From Chlorokybus atmophyticus (Eukaryota > Plantae > Mesostigma and Chlorokybus algae): 64,000 bases of DNA. Location: assembly GCA_009103225.1 (NCBI GenBank), contig RHPI01003156.1:926159-990158 (forward strand). Direction: 5' to 3'. The notes below the pieces were generated by a model. That model saw only the letters and a program-made list of their open reading frames with translations, was not told the origin of the DNA and did not search any database. Both the position numbers and the translations under genes were made by a program. Positions 23,110 through 35,400 of this stretch are shown one piece after another (the stretch's first letter is position 1; each line of letters begins with the position of its first letter).

Positions 23110-24372
23110 TATGGACAGCATTTGCGAGATGCCGTCGAATCGTTAACCACCGGGTAGAGAGCCACGTTTATCCCAAGGAGGTCACTATTCGTTACGTTAT
23201 GTGTCAGGTGCTGTGAATGCTTCATGACCTCACTGCACCGTGACACAGACCAACCTGCCCGTGACAGGTAATTGGCTTCGACTATGACAACGAGGCCGAT
23301 GCGGCCAAGTTCTATGAGGTGTACTGGACGCCCAAAGAGTGCCCCTTCCATCGGAGTGTCGCCTTGAAGAAAGCTACGCAGGTCCGGTTCGAGATTGTCA
23401 CCAAGATCAAGCATGTCTTTGAGAAGGAGTACAAGTGGACACTGTTTAACAGCAACAAGCGCAAGTGAGTTGGGTCCCTTACCACCATGTCTGCTATGCA
23501 ACACTGCCTTCTTACTCAGCCTCTATACACACGTACACATCTCGCCTATTTTAACCGATTCAATCAGGCACGTCGACGCCTTAATGGACCCCGAGACTCA
23601 AAAAGCCCAGATGCGCAACGCGCTCTAAAGTAAGTCACAAGCACTATTCTAGCCTAGTGCAGGCTCAACTTGAAATATCTATATCGTAACAAATGCCTTG
23701 TTGGTATGACTTTTGCAGACAAGTCATGGCGGAATTTGAAGGTAATCAACAATGCAGACCCGGAGCGGAGGAGATACATCCATGCATGGGGCAATCCTAT
23801 AATCTGGCAAATGATCGTGCAATGCTGATCTTACGCCGTCACTAAACTTGGTCACGGGCAGCTGACAGTCAACCACGTTGCATACCTGTTGCTTACGGTG
23901 AGCACTCTGAACTTAATCACTAGCAATTCAGGAATGATGTAGCTTCAAACTACAGGCTTGCAGATGCGCTACAGTGAATAGTGGCTTTTAATGCCACTAC
24001 TAGTTAGTAAGACATGCATGTAAACTACGCAGGTGGAGCGCATCTCAAAGGGCAAGGATGGAGACCCTCTCCTAACTGCCAGCATCGACACACATGAAGA
24101 GTACCTCCGCGAAATCAACACCATGATCATGTCAATGAAGCGGGAGATGAGGCAACGGCACGCAGCCCTTCACCCTTGTGAAACGCCGCACTGCATCTTG
24201 TGTCGAATACCTGAAAGATCTCAATTGGCGCCGGCCGCAAGAGACAGCAGCTTGTGACCCGCTCGATGAGGCAGAAGCGGCATCTGATTGGCTGGCGCAA
24301 CCGTTTGAGGAGGAGGAAGCAAGCTCCGGCGTCTCCTCTACAGGCCCCAGCGCGTGGTGCTTTGTTCCATAA
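23110..24372 (+). pseudogene. Multi-exon gene of unknown function inside the candidate element
   Basis: Exons with clear coding character and splice sites: IGFDYDNEADAAKFYEVYWTPKECPFHRSVALKKATQVRFEIVTKIKHVFEKEYKWTLFNSNKRK|gtgag; DKSWRNLKVINNADPERRRYIHAWGNPIIWQMIVQC*SY...LLT|gtgag; VERISKGKDGDPLL...CETPHCILC. One TGA and a frameshift are present. Confidence 0.55.
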
Positions 24373-24811
24373 TGACGTGCAAGGCGATGATAGAGAGGAG
24401 CTGTAGCGCATTTGGTAGTTCGTTTAGCTGGTAATGCACACAGCTGCAAGGCTCTTGTGATTTAGTGTTGTGCATTTTAAACCAGCTCAGTCAATTGTAG
24501 TTATGCTTATGCATGTAAAAACTTGCATCCCTATGATATATAATAGAACTGCAGGCATTGTCAAACCACAAGCCTTGGCAATTGACTGAGAGACACTGTA
24601 CACATTTCAGGTACCTGTACACAGCACAGGCACATAACAATGCTGGCAGTTAGCGACAGTTGCGTGTAGTCATGCTATGCAAATACATATAACGACAGTT
24701 AGGCATCAGTCACCTTCAGTTGCTTAAAGCATGCCTTATCTTGTTGACAATTATCTAGTTGATGCTTGTGAATTAGGCTCCGTCGCTTGCGTTGGACTGG
24801 TGTGTAACCTG

Positions 24812-25083
24812 CAGGTGCCTGTCACATAAGCAAAGTCACCTAAGTAAGACTGATGTGTAACTTGCAAGTGCCTGTTAATTAGGTATAGTCACTTGTTAAG
24901 GCGAGATGTGCAACTTACAGGTGCCCGTTACCATTGGTAATTGGTTATAGTCACTTGTTAAGGCCTGATAAGTAACTAACAGGTGCATATTAATTAGGCA
25001 TAGTCACATGTTAAGGCCTAATAGAAAAGCAACAGGTGCCTGTTAAATAGGCATAGTCAACTGTTAAAGATTGAATTGTAACG
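24812..25083. repeat. Tandem array, five ~53-bp units
   Basis: Units start at 24812, 24865, 24918, 24980 and 25033 (spacing 53/53/62/53). Consensus ~CAGGTGCCTGTTAATTAGGCATAGTCACTTGTTAAGGCCTGATGTGTAACTTA. Confidence 0.9.
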
Positions 25084-26289
25084 GAAAGGGTCTGATAAAT
25101 GGAAGTTATATTGAGGTCCCTGTATCAAAATTTCAGGTGGACTGAGCCACAACAGTTCAAATAAGTATCTTCAGGTGCACGTCCGTTGCCAATATTGAGT
25201 CGGCCAGCAGGGGAAACATTTTGCGACGATTTGCTGAGTGCTCATGGCAACAAGTACTCATGGCTTCACACTGGTGATGGCGTTGGTAGCTGCTGTTAAT
25301 GACTGTGAATGACTGAGTGAGCTGATGCTGTGCTTTTAAACTGAGTGCCTTGCTACTGCCATAAGGACCGTTGCAAGCGTCATATGGCCTAGCATTGCTG
25401 CAAATGCCTGCAGCCATTGGTATCTTGGTATCTTATTTGTGGACTGTGTGATATGACTGTGCAATCTTGAGTGCGGGTAAGACCAAAGCTCTGGCGGCGC
25501 AGCATATGGTGGTGTTTGGTGGGATGGCTCCGGGGCCAAGCTGTTCTGTCAATCTAGGCGTCTAGTCCGTCTTGCCATTAACATTGTTGCACAATTTGCC
25601 TTCAAGGGCCTAACATTTGCACCCTCTCCCTCTCCTACGCTCTGCAGGTGGTACTCTTCTCACTGCTATTCCCCTCACGCCCCTCCCCTTCCCCACCTCT
25701 GCCTGCTGCTTGAGGGTCATAATTGTTCATGTTATAGTCAGCGTAAAGTTGGTTACAACTTTGCCTTGGCTTCCATTGAATTTGCATTGTGCGTGTGTCA
25801 TTGCTTGCTTTGCGATGGGCCCCTTTCCGCTAGTTGCTACTTTGCAACTCTGATGTTTGCTATGAAACAAATACAATAATAATAATATATGCAAGCAACA
25901 CGGTACACATACTTGTATATTGAACACAATGAAAAACATACATTAATCAAATGTGTTAGCTCGCTCTGCTTGCTCTGGCAGAGCTCAATCTGCGAGTAAA
26001 ATGCTTTACCATGTTAATTGCGTAATTATAAACAACAATGTACAAGGTGTCGTAATATGCCACCCACTCGTTGAAGTTGCCGCATGATACTTTTATGAAG
26101 TTTGCATGTATGCGTAATAACACATGCCTAGCGGATGCATTGAATGAGCCGACTCGTATGGTTGTTATTGTCATTGACTTTACAGAAATTGGTTTGTGCA
26201 CTGCATGCATGAACATGTTTGCTACATTGTATGTGCGCACACATTATTGCACATATAGCAAAACCCACCTACACATCAACATTCATTTT

Positions 26290-27111
26290 GGGAACGTGAC
26301 ACATACTTGGGTGCGGGGGGCGACGGTGACTAGGGAAGGCATTGCACTAGTGTCCACATCTAGCATGCTGCATGACATGCTTGCATACTTGATCAACAAC
26401 TTGTATGTGCAAACCGCCCAGGATGAGCTCCATCGCCAGGTTATTGGGATACCCATGGGCAACAATGCTGGGGTATATATATTGCAACTTATAACTTGTT
26501 CACGTATGAGTTGGACTTCATTAACAAAGTGGTGATGGCGGGGCAACGTCTAATGGCCTTGAGGATTGCAAGAACTGTTGTGAGATATGTGGATGACCTT
26601 CTAGTTGTTGCCCTTCCTGAGTTCACCGCTTGCATGTATTTGGCTCCTGCAGCTTTGGGAGGTGGCATTTACCCACGCCACATGTTGTCCTCTCGCTGTC
26701 CTACTCTGCACAGGGGGTGTGCATACCATTTTTGGACTTATGTATCTTTCAGTCCCCAGCTGTTGGCTTGTGCACCAGGTTGTACAACAAGCTCAACACA
26801 GTACACCATTTAGGTTCATACCACACAGACGTGCACCACACCCGGACAGCAATATCTCCATATCAGCTACGATCGGTGTGGTAGTGTCTCAGTTTGTGCG
26901 CTTCACACGCATTTGCACTTTGCAAACACACTTTTTGCAAGAGATGGTGCAATTGCTATGTGACATGCAGTCGCATGGTTATGCCATGCATGCGTTGCTC
27001 TCAAAGTTGCGCGCCAAGATGTACAGGACACAGGGGACTGCATACGGAGTGTCGTACAAACGGCTCTACCTCATGGTGGCGCAGAGGTGTTCGGCAACCA
27101 ACTACAGGTGA
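26290..27111 (+). mobile_element. 5'-truncated, frameshifted Penelope-like retroelement reverse transcriptase
   Basis: MLAYLINNLYVQ...RQVIGIPMG, FTYELDF, VVRYVDDLL, GIYP..L, IPFLDLCI, TRLYNK, HPDSNIS...GVVVSQFVRFTRICT...F..EM..L......GY are PLE RT and thumb motifs. They are spread over several frames, and no GIY-YIG was seen downstream. Confidence 0.85.
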
Positions 27112-28490
27112 GCAAGGCAAATGCGGTGGGTAACGAGGCCAACTATCAGGTAAAAATGGTTGTCCGCGGTGGGGGGAGCAGTGCACCCCACCCCCACATG
27201 TTCTGTGTGATATGTTGGTGCTGTGCTGTGCTGCAATGCCTGGTGACTTGCTGCTATGCATGACTGCCTGCTACGCACTGTGTGACTGCTGTGTGAATGC
27301 ACTTTTGCTATGCTTGTATTCAGACTGATGGCTGTTTGTTGCTATTGTATTGCTATGCATGGAGCCGTTGACACTCACTAATTGGAAGTGAAGATTGGTT
27401 GATGATGATGTGGTGGCTAAGGTTGCAGGCGTTACAAGGTGTACGCCAGAACGGATCTTACACTGCAGCAGCAATCCCATCCTCCTAAGACTGGCGGCAG
27501 GCGATACACAAGCACTGCCGCCACACTGCACACTGCACCAGCACTACACACTTCACCCATCACGTGATACATGCCACAATCTCTGCATCCTATATATTGT
27601 ACGCCACCCTCAACCCCTGTCTGTGTTGTTTGCTGGTGGAGGGTCTAACCATCAGCGCCTGTTGCTTCAGGTTGGTTGCTGTACTTGCTGTCTTGGCCTG
27701 CTGCCCTGCCCTGCTCTACTCCAACCACCGTGTATGCCCCTGCTGGTGTAATCAAGTTCTGCTCTGCCTTGCTCCTGTTTGCTGCTTGCATTGCTTTGTT
27801 TACTTGCTTGCAATGCACCCGCAACTCAGATAAGCCTATATACCATGTCGAACATACGCTATTTGTTTGGTTGTTAACTTCAATGTAAAGTTCAAAGTGT
27901 TATTGATTATGCTTCACTGATGCCATCTTTAAAGCCGTCAACTAAGTTTTAGATCGCAACCACCAACACTCATGCTTGCATGCATAGAAGCCACCATGCA
28001 TTGCGTTGCTCACAATGGACACAGCAATAAGGACTTGATGCACTGCATCAAGTAAAACTAAGGTGTGAGCGACGAAAGCAACTCTCAAGGCCCTCGTTCA
28101 ATAGAAATTCGAAGCGCGACGACTTGCTATGCCTCGAGGCGTTACAAGAGTAATATAACCACACCCATAAAGCTACAACATGAACTTGTATTTGAATGTC
28201 TAATGTGGGGAGTGCCAATCTGGAAGCTGCTATGTAGCACAACAACGAAAGGGACCACACGTCCCCTTTCTCCCTCTCGCATCAGAGAGCTATTTCTCGA
28301 GCGGTCGGGTCTTGACCAAAACCAATCGCTGCATGCAACCCTCAACACGCTTGACACAGCAACACCACTGACGTAAAGATTCAGGCTCTGTGTGAATGCG
28401 TAATTGCAGTGACGATGCCATGAGCAATGCTCACCAACAAATTATACATGGCCCATATAGCCAGCGACCGCGTTCTGGAGCACACTGCTG

Positions 28491-31400
28491 CTACCTTGGC
28501 ACAGCATGGCCCGAAGCAGAGATGTGCTTGAACAATTGATTCCTGTAACAATTGTCTTAGCAAACAAGAGATGTGCACGTTATAATTCCAACAACGACAC
28601 AAACCTTGTGGTGAACTCGATTTCGCAGACGGCGCACGCAAACTCATCATCATCCTTGTTCCGCCCCTGCAATACGAAGAGAGGGCCAAGTTGTAACCAC
28701 CAGGGGTGCCTACATCGTATTTGACAACGCTTGATGCCACTACCAACATGCTGTGATCACCACACGTGGCAGCTGGCTCAGGCCTCCAAGTTGTTGCACA
28801 AGGCACTGACCTTGTCACGCTTGCCTTTGCCCCTCTCCACAGCACGCTTTTGCGTCTGCTCTTGGTTGCCGGTAGATGCTGCAGAAGCAGGTTGGTTCTT
28901 TGTGGCCGCTGACTTAGGCGCGCGACGGCTCTTTCTGCGTCCTTTAACAGGTGCACTGCTGACGCAAACAAGTCAGTCATTTGCCAGTGCGATTGAAGCC
29001 ATGGCGGTGTAAATTGCTGTACTTTATTCAAGCACTGCACAGCAGACCCGGGCAACTGCTTAAGCACAACCGATATGACACTAGCCACACTGTCATGCTG
29101 CAGCTGTGCTGACTGCAGTTACAGTTATAAGTTCTTCAATGCTTGACACAACAAACACACACATCTGCATACGTAACTACGACAATCGCAGCGATGACAA
29201 CCTGCTGAAGAGAACACAACACAAACCACGCACCAGTCATCCTGGTTGCGTCCTGATGTACTAGGGGTTGCATCATCCTCCGGCATAACTGGTGGTCGCT
29301 CCACCTGACAGTACGCACTTACTTGGCACAACAACCACACGACCATAGCACTGCTGCGTAGATCAGTGCCGAGTGCTAAGCAACCCAAGCTGCGCATGGT
29401 TTGCACGAAACACATGTCCAACCTCATCAGAAGTCAGCCGGGTGTCAGGCTGTGAGGTTTCTGCGCTGCCGGACTGCGGGGCTTGCGCATCATCACCTGT
29501 CGCATCGTCTTCGTCCTCAGAAACGGGCTGACGCTGTGAGTGTGTCCGCATCATGACCGCAAGCAGTGCCTCATCATCCTCAAAGTACTGCTTCTCAGCT
29601 ACCTCATTGTCACTGTGAGACAGTGTCGCCTCATCATCGGACAAGTGAGGATTCATTTCAGGTTGTGTCTCGGCCATTCTGGACTGCTGAGCTGCTCGCT
29701 GCTGCCGCCCCTCCTCTTCCTGCTGACGTTGTTGCTCTTTGAGTGTCTCGTCTGGGTTGCTGTCCGTTTCCCAACCGAACTCGCTGTCATCATCCTCAGC
29801 TTTGCTGCCACCAGTGCTGTCTGAGAAAAACTGTTCACCATCCTCTGAATTCGCACCATCGTCAACCCAAGCATTAAACTCGGCAGCTTTTTCAATGTGC
29901 TTCTTAGACTTCTCGTGATTGAGCCACCTACGCCACACGATACACGCATGACACAAACAGGCCATGCATTTGCAGTTTCAACTCGTAGGCTGGACATTAC
30001 TCACTGTGCCAATGACTTGAAAGGCTTCTTGCATGCAACGCAATAGAACTCTGCCTTGTTTGAACTGGTTTCTTCCTCACTGCTGCTGTCATAGTGCTTG
30101 TCATTCCGGACAACCCATGCTTCCTCGCGATACGCTTTGGCTCGCTCCGCCTTCTCCTGTACCTGTGTCACGATGTGCCGACCATGCGTCTGTAATAGCT
30201 TGACAAATGCAGGCATACCATACCTACATCAGCACTTTTACCTGTTGCTGCCTTCTCAGCTTCTCTTGCTCCGCCTTGGCTGCCCTTTCTTTCTGCAGCT
30301 TTGCAAGGTGCGCAATAACGCGCTTGTCCCTCTTACGCACAAAGGATGCAAGATGTCGGACGAGCTCGTTGAAGGCCTGCTTCTCTTTTCGCCGCACCTT
30401 CTTGTTCTCTTCCTCCATCAACCGACGCACCTGCGCAAGAACAAGTCGAAACCCTGTATGACAAGCTGCAAGGTGCTTCTTCGGCAACCCGTTCTATGCA
30501 ATGCTCTGATGGGGCCACCTTGCGGTTGGGAGCCTCAGCAAGGTTATAATCGTCACACCAAGCAAAGTCCTTCTTGGTGGCAAAGCCAAGCCAGAAAGAG
30601 TAAAATGTTGCCACTTCCTGATACGGAGTGCTCGCATTGCCGAAGGCAGGTGCTGGTTTCAACTTCTCACCGTCCATATACGCGGCCTGTGAAAAGGTCC
30701 AGGTTTCGAGGGTAAGCTTATTTAAGCCAACAACTAGAAAAATGTCTACTGGAGTATTGGTGGGACTGGTGCCTGCGCATGTTCTCCGACAACCAGGTGA
30801 ACGTGCACCGTGAGTGAACAGCATATGCAAGTGCACACAGTACATACCATGCTCTCTTGTTGGTATAGCTGATTGAAAATGTCTGCATAGACAGCGTAAA
30901 AGCCCTGCACGCAGCAACCACATGTTAAACTATGTCCAGGTATGGCATCCCAAACGCTCCATTGATCTGTTGCTGACCTTGCCAGTGTCTCCGTAACCAG
31001 AGTATGCCGTGGGGCTGAAGTATGGCCAAAGGTTGATTTCATCTGGCTCCTTGGCATGCTCGTGTTCGTCATCTGAATAAATGCAGGCAAAGAGATTGGT
31101 AAACGTCTATAACATGTACACTGACAGGTTAACATGTTGCTTCTGTCCTGGCAGACGCACCTCCATGGATGATAGACTCTCTGTGCCCATCGTACCTGTT
31201 GGTCAACAACTGATCATTAACTACGTTCAACTCGAAGCAGGTTACCACGGATTCGGTACAGTCAACTGCTCATGCAGAACGAGAGAACCTAGTCACATTG
31301 TCAACAAGCGCACTCGCACGTATGGTGTCATGACTTGCTGTAATGCAGTGTGCTGTAACAACTGCATTGGAGCAAACAATAGTTATCTCACCAGACTTGC

Positions 31401-31960
31401 CCTGATTGCTGCAAAGCATTCCTTACCTTCATGTGCTGACAATTGTATGCCAATCAGATATTGCAAGTACGTGTGTTGTTGACTGAACTGAACTAGTACA
31501 GCAACTACAGAACTTACACACGCACCAGATGTGCGACAAACATGTGGCTGACAAACAATATTACATGTACAAATCAGCACCGCAAAATAGTAGTAGTAGT
31601 AGTAGTAGTAGCAGTAGTAGTAGTAGTAGTTCTCATAGGCAAAAGGTATGCTCACCATGCGCGCTCGTCCTTGTCGCTCAGCACGTCGTAGGCATTCTGA
31701 ATCTCTTTGAACTTTGCTGTCGCCTCCTCCTCATTATCTCTGTTCTTGTCTGCAAGCATGCCTCAGTTACACACGAGATTGCAGTGGCACGTGGCACTCC
31801 AGAACTTGGTCAAGCAACGTCGAGTTAACTTCATAAGTAACCATGCAGACATGCACGTACCAGGGTGAAGCAGCAAGGCCAGGCGGCGGTAGCTGGTGCG
31901 GATCTCCTCAGGGGTGGCATTCCTGCTCACTGTCAATACTTCATAGTAGCAGCGCGGCAT
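28491..31960 (-). CDS. DNAJC21: DnaJ subfamily C member 21-like (J-domain, zuotin-like region, C2H2 zinc fingers)
   Basis: [33 protein letters not shown]; [12 protein letters not shown]; FGNA...[70 protein letters not shown]; [25 protein letters not shown]; terminal [25 protein letters not shown]. Confidence 0.93.
31588..31630. repeat. (TAG)n microsatellite in a DNAJC21 intron
   Basis: Directly visible; one CAG interruption. Confidence 0.95.
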
Positions 31961-32450
31961 CCTGGCGCATCCGCCAGGCACCACGCGCCCTCCACCCCCA
32001 CCCCCACCCCCACCCCCACCTCCCTCACCGCCGCCGCCGCCGCCGCTGCCACGTGTCAGCTTAGGACTAGCTTATACTTTTCCGCTTTACGCAATACATG
32101 AACGCACATGCTACAACGCACGTAACGCGCATGCGGGCAGCGAGCAAAAGTTCGTCATAGCATGCCAGTCTCATGCTAACGTTATGAGACTCACTTCCCG
32201 CCACTCCTGCTACGCTTTGCTAAACGTTGGCGGCAGGGGCGTTGGTGGCGACGGTGGTGTTGTCGTCGTTGTCCTCTTTGTTGTGCTGCTGATGGTGGGC
32301 AGGAGCTGGAGGGGGGTGGGGTAGAGTCGCGTGTAGACGAGTAGCGCTTCATGAGGCGACAGGGGGAGGCAATGGCGGGGCAGCTAGTGTGGACCAGCTG
32401 TAGCACAGGAGGCTAGCAGGGAGGGAGGCTTTGGGCAGCTAACACTACGC

Positions 32451-35400
32451 ATGGCTGCGGCTTCTGGACGAAGGAGAGGCGCGTACAATCTTCGTCAGGG
32501 CGTCGCACGGCACAGCTACTCTGCGTTGAGCAGCAAAGGTTACAACAGCGACACTCCCCTCCACAGCAAGCAGGCGAGAGCAACACTGCTTGTCGAGCAG
32601 CACGGAGAGACGTTATTGTGGCTTGGCTCAGATGATGTTGCGCAGTGCAAAATCTACTTAGCACAGGCGTTGCTGATTGACTGCCCGAGTGCCTTAAAAG
32701 TACTACAGACCGACTGCTGCTAGCCAATGCAGTAGTAGACAAGACGCTCCCAACGGCAATGCAACCATGAGCCCTATCTTGCACAGCCTATACATGCTGT
32801 CGGCGGTGCTGTATGCGCAACGTTAGTGTGGTCTTGGACGCTGGCTAGCAATTGTTGCATGCACACGTGCTCGCATGCAAAGCAAAGTTAGAATGCATAC
32901 ACGCGTGCCATGCATATACTAAACTTCTTGTGTCTTTCCTGCAGAGGCATGCCCGCAGCTCGGACCTTCTCAGCGACGGCATGTCTCCTGATCCAAAGCA
33001 AGGCGAGAAACGTCGCAAACGCAAGTGCATTGTAGTGACGAGCCCCGTGAAGGTGAGAGTGTGAACGGCCTTGTCGCAGTCAATGACGGCTGGATGCATG
33101 CTTAGAAGCTTATCTTAAACCACTATCACGTTCAGGACTACTTCATTCAAAAACGCCAGAGCCAATCAATTGTTAGAGGAGAAACCTCTGAGAGCGAAAC
33201 CGACGCACCAACACGCAGCCACATCAAGACACGGCTGCGCTCTGCTGCTCAGGTTCCTTGGCATGCAATGGGCGCCACAATAGTGGAGACATGTTGCGCA
33301 TGTCACTATGGATAGCAAACACTTTGCATGCAGGCAGGCAGCTCACTCGTGGGTCTGTTGCCGCTGTAAGGTGTATGGGACGGCCAGACATGGTCTCAGC
33401 GCAATCGCCCAAGACAATGTTCTTCACAAAGGCAGCTATCGCTTGCGCAACCGAGGGCACAAGCCGTTGGGAGTGAAGGCTGTGTCACTTTCCTCATCAG
33501 AGCAGGCAGTAAGTGCTTCTCTTTGTTGTGGTACCGTTTATGCACGTTTTTTATAGGGCCGCCAGTCACTATTTGGTGATGCAGGATGACGATGATGAGA
33601 GCGATGATGGTGATGCAAGTGAGCAAAACGATGACGACAGAAAACAAAGTTGTGATGACCAGCAGTCTCACCAGAAGAAGCTGAACACTGCAGAGAATGG
33701 CGCAGACAAGGATGACGCAGATCTGTCCAAAAGTGCAAAGCGGTATGAGAGAAGGGCACGCGCTACAGTGCAGCGCTTTTCGCCAGGCCCTCGTGTAAGT
33801 CCCCTGTGCATCCCATCCATGTCAATGCAGCATGCTTATAATGTCTCTCCACACAGCACAAGCGCAAAAGAGCCCACGTTTCCGGAAGCAAGAATCGAAA
33901 GCGTTTGTACTTCTCCCGTCAGCAACCCCGAGACAGTGGTACTTCAGAGCCTGAGACCAGCGGTGAACCAACCACCCGCACGAGGCTGTCACTTGCAGAG
34001 TTGGGACGCTGGCCTGGAGCAGGACTGGTGGGCCTTGGCCATCGCAACACAACAGGCATACCTGGAGACAACACCAGCAGGCTTCTTGCAGACATACAGC
34101 CGCTAGAGCCAGACCCGTCCATCACCTTCGATGCGGTCGGTGGACTCACGCACTACATCAAGGTGTGAGCGCCTGTGTAGGCACAAACGTCCATGCCGGT
34201 AATGTTAAACACGAGGCATCATAAATTGTCATGCTTCGCTAAAGCTCATTGCTTAGTGCAGGCACTGAAGGAAATGATACATCTCCCCTTTCTGTATCCT
34301 GAAGTGTTTGAACAATTTCACATAACTCCACCAAGAGGAGTGCTCTTCTACGGCCCTCCCGGCACAGGTTAGTAGCCTGCTGCCTTTGCCTTGTTGCTTT
34401 TAACCATAGCGAGTGTCACGACGGCAATGTGCCTGTAAGCTCATTTCAACTATGGCTCAGGGAAGACACTTGTAGCGCGAGCCCTTGCTAGCTCTGCATC
34501 TACTTCAAGTAAACGGGTGACATTCTTCATGCGCAAGGTGAGGCAGGCGGTTGCATGGCGCTTCCTTGTACAAGTTCAACAATAGTGATAGAGCCTGCAT
34601 CACTGCAGGGTGCCGATGTGTTGTCAGAATGGGTTGGGGAGGCCGAAAAGTCGCTGCGTCTATTGTTTGAAGAAGCCAGGCGACAGCAGCCTTCAATTAT
34701 TTTCTTTGATGAGATAGATGGCCTCGCTCCTGTAAGGACAAGCAGACAGGATCAAGTTCATAACTCTATTGTCTCCACGCTGCTCGCGTTGATGGATGGG
34801 TTGGACTCGCGAGGCAAGGTAATGCTCTGCTGCTGGCCTGGCTGTATACTGATGCATAGGATCTAACATCTGGCTTTGCTAGGTGGTTGTGATAGGTGCC
34901 ACGAATAGAATCGATGCACTGGATGGCGCATTGCGCCGGCCAGGCCGGTTCGACCGCGAGTTCGCTTTTCCTTTGCCTTCGGCTGAAGGCAGGGAAGAGA
35001 TTCTCAAGATTCACACTGCCAGTTGGCAGCAGAAGCCACCATCCAAGTTCATGCATCAGTTGGCAGCGCTGTGCGTTGGGTACTGTGGAGCTGACTTGAA
35101 GGTACCTCAAGTTGCTTTCTTCATGGTACTTGTAATGTAAGTGTTGTGCTGGGGACCTCACCTTGTTGTTCTATGCGTCCACATGTAGGCTTTGTGCACA
35201 GAGGCAGCCATTCGCGCCTTGAGAAGGGTGTATCCTCAGATATATGACAGCGATGACAGACTGCTCATCGATGTCAACACCATTGTAGTTCAAGTACGGG
35301 AGTACATGCTGGCCGTTGTGTCATGTTGTAGGTTACAGGTCTGACAATATTCGTTTGCCTCAGGAGTGTGATTTTGAAGCTGCTATGTCAGCAATCACAC

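Larger units (their letters stand above)
11014..25228. mobile_element. Candidate large (~14.2 kb) Plavaka-type DNA transposon with cargo genes
   Basis: Contains a Plavaka transposase, C5-MTase, Tudor, OTU-like and unknown ORFs, all decayed in a similar way. Putative termini are at|CGTCGCAAA (11014) and TTTGCGACG|at (25220-25228), with a 53-bp tandem array just inside the right end. The boundaries rest on only 9 bp plus flanks. Confidence 0.55.

Noticed and set aside
24812-25083. Regularly spaced repeats that could suggest a CRISPR array
   Set aside because: These are contiguous diverged tandem units with no unique spacers, no cas genes and a eukaryotic context.
25100-25300. Minus-strand peptide KP*VLVAM...FPCWPTQYW...PEILIQGP resembles the DIRS retrotransposon P.WP.Q.W...DLL.QG region and overlaps the proposed right TIR
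   Set aside because: The diagnostic YAFPP is not at the expected distance and no RT, RNase H or tyrosine recombinase is nearby. It is kept as a caveat: if a DIRS profile hits here, the 25228 boundary is doubtful.
25832-25868. Hairpin plus CTGATG...GAAAC upstream of the PLE RT (possible decayed hammerhead)
   Set aside because: A9 is missing, stem II does not pair and there is no matching cleavage triplet; not supportable as a feature.
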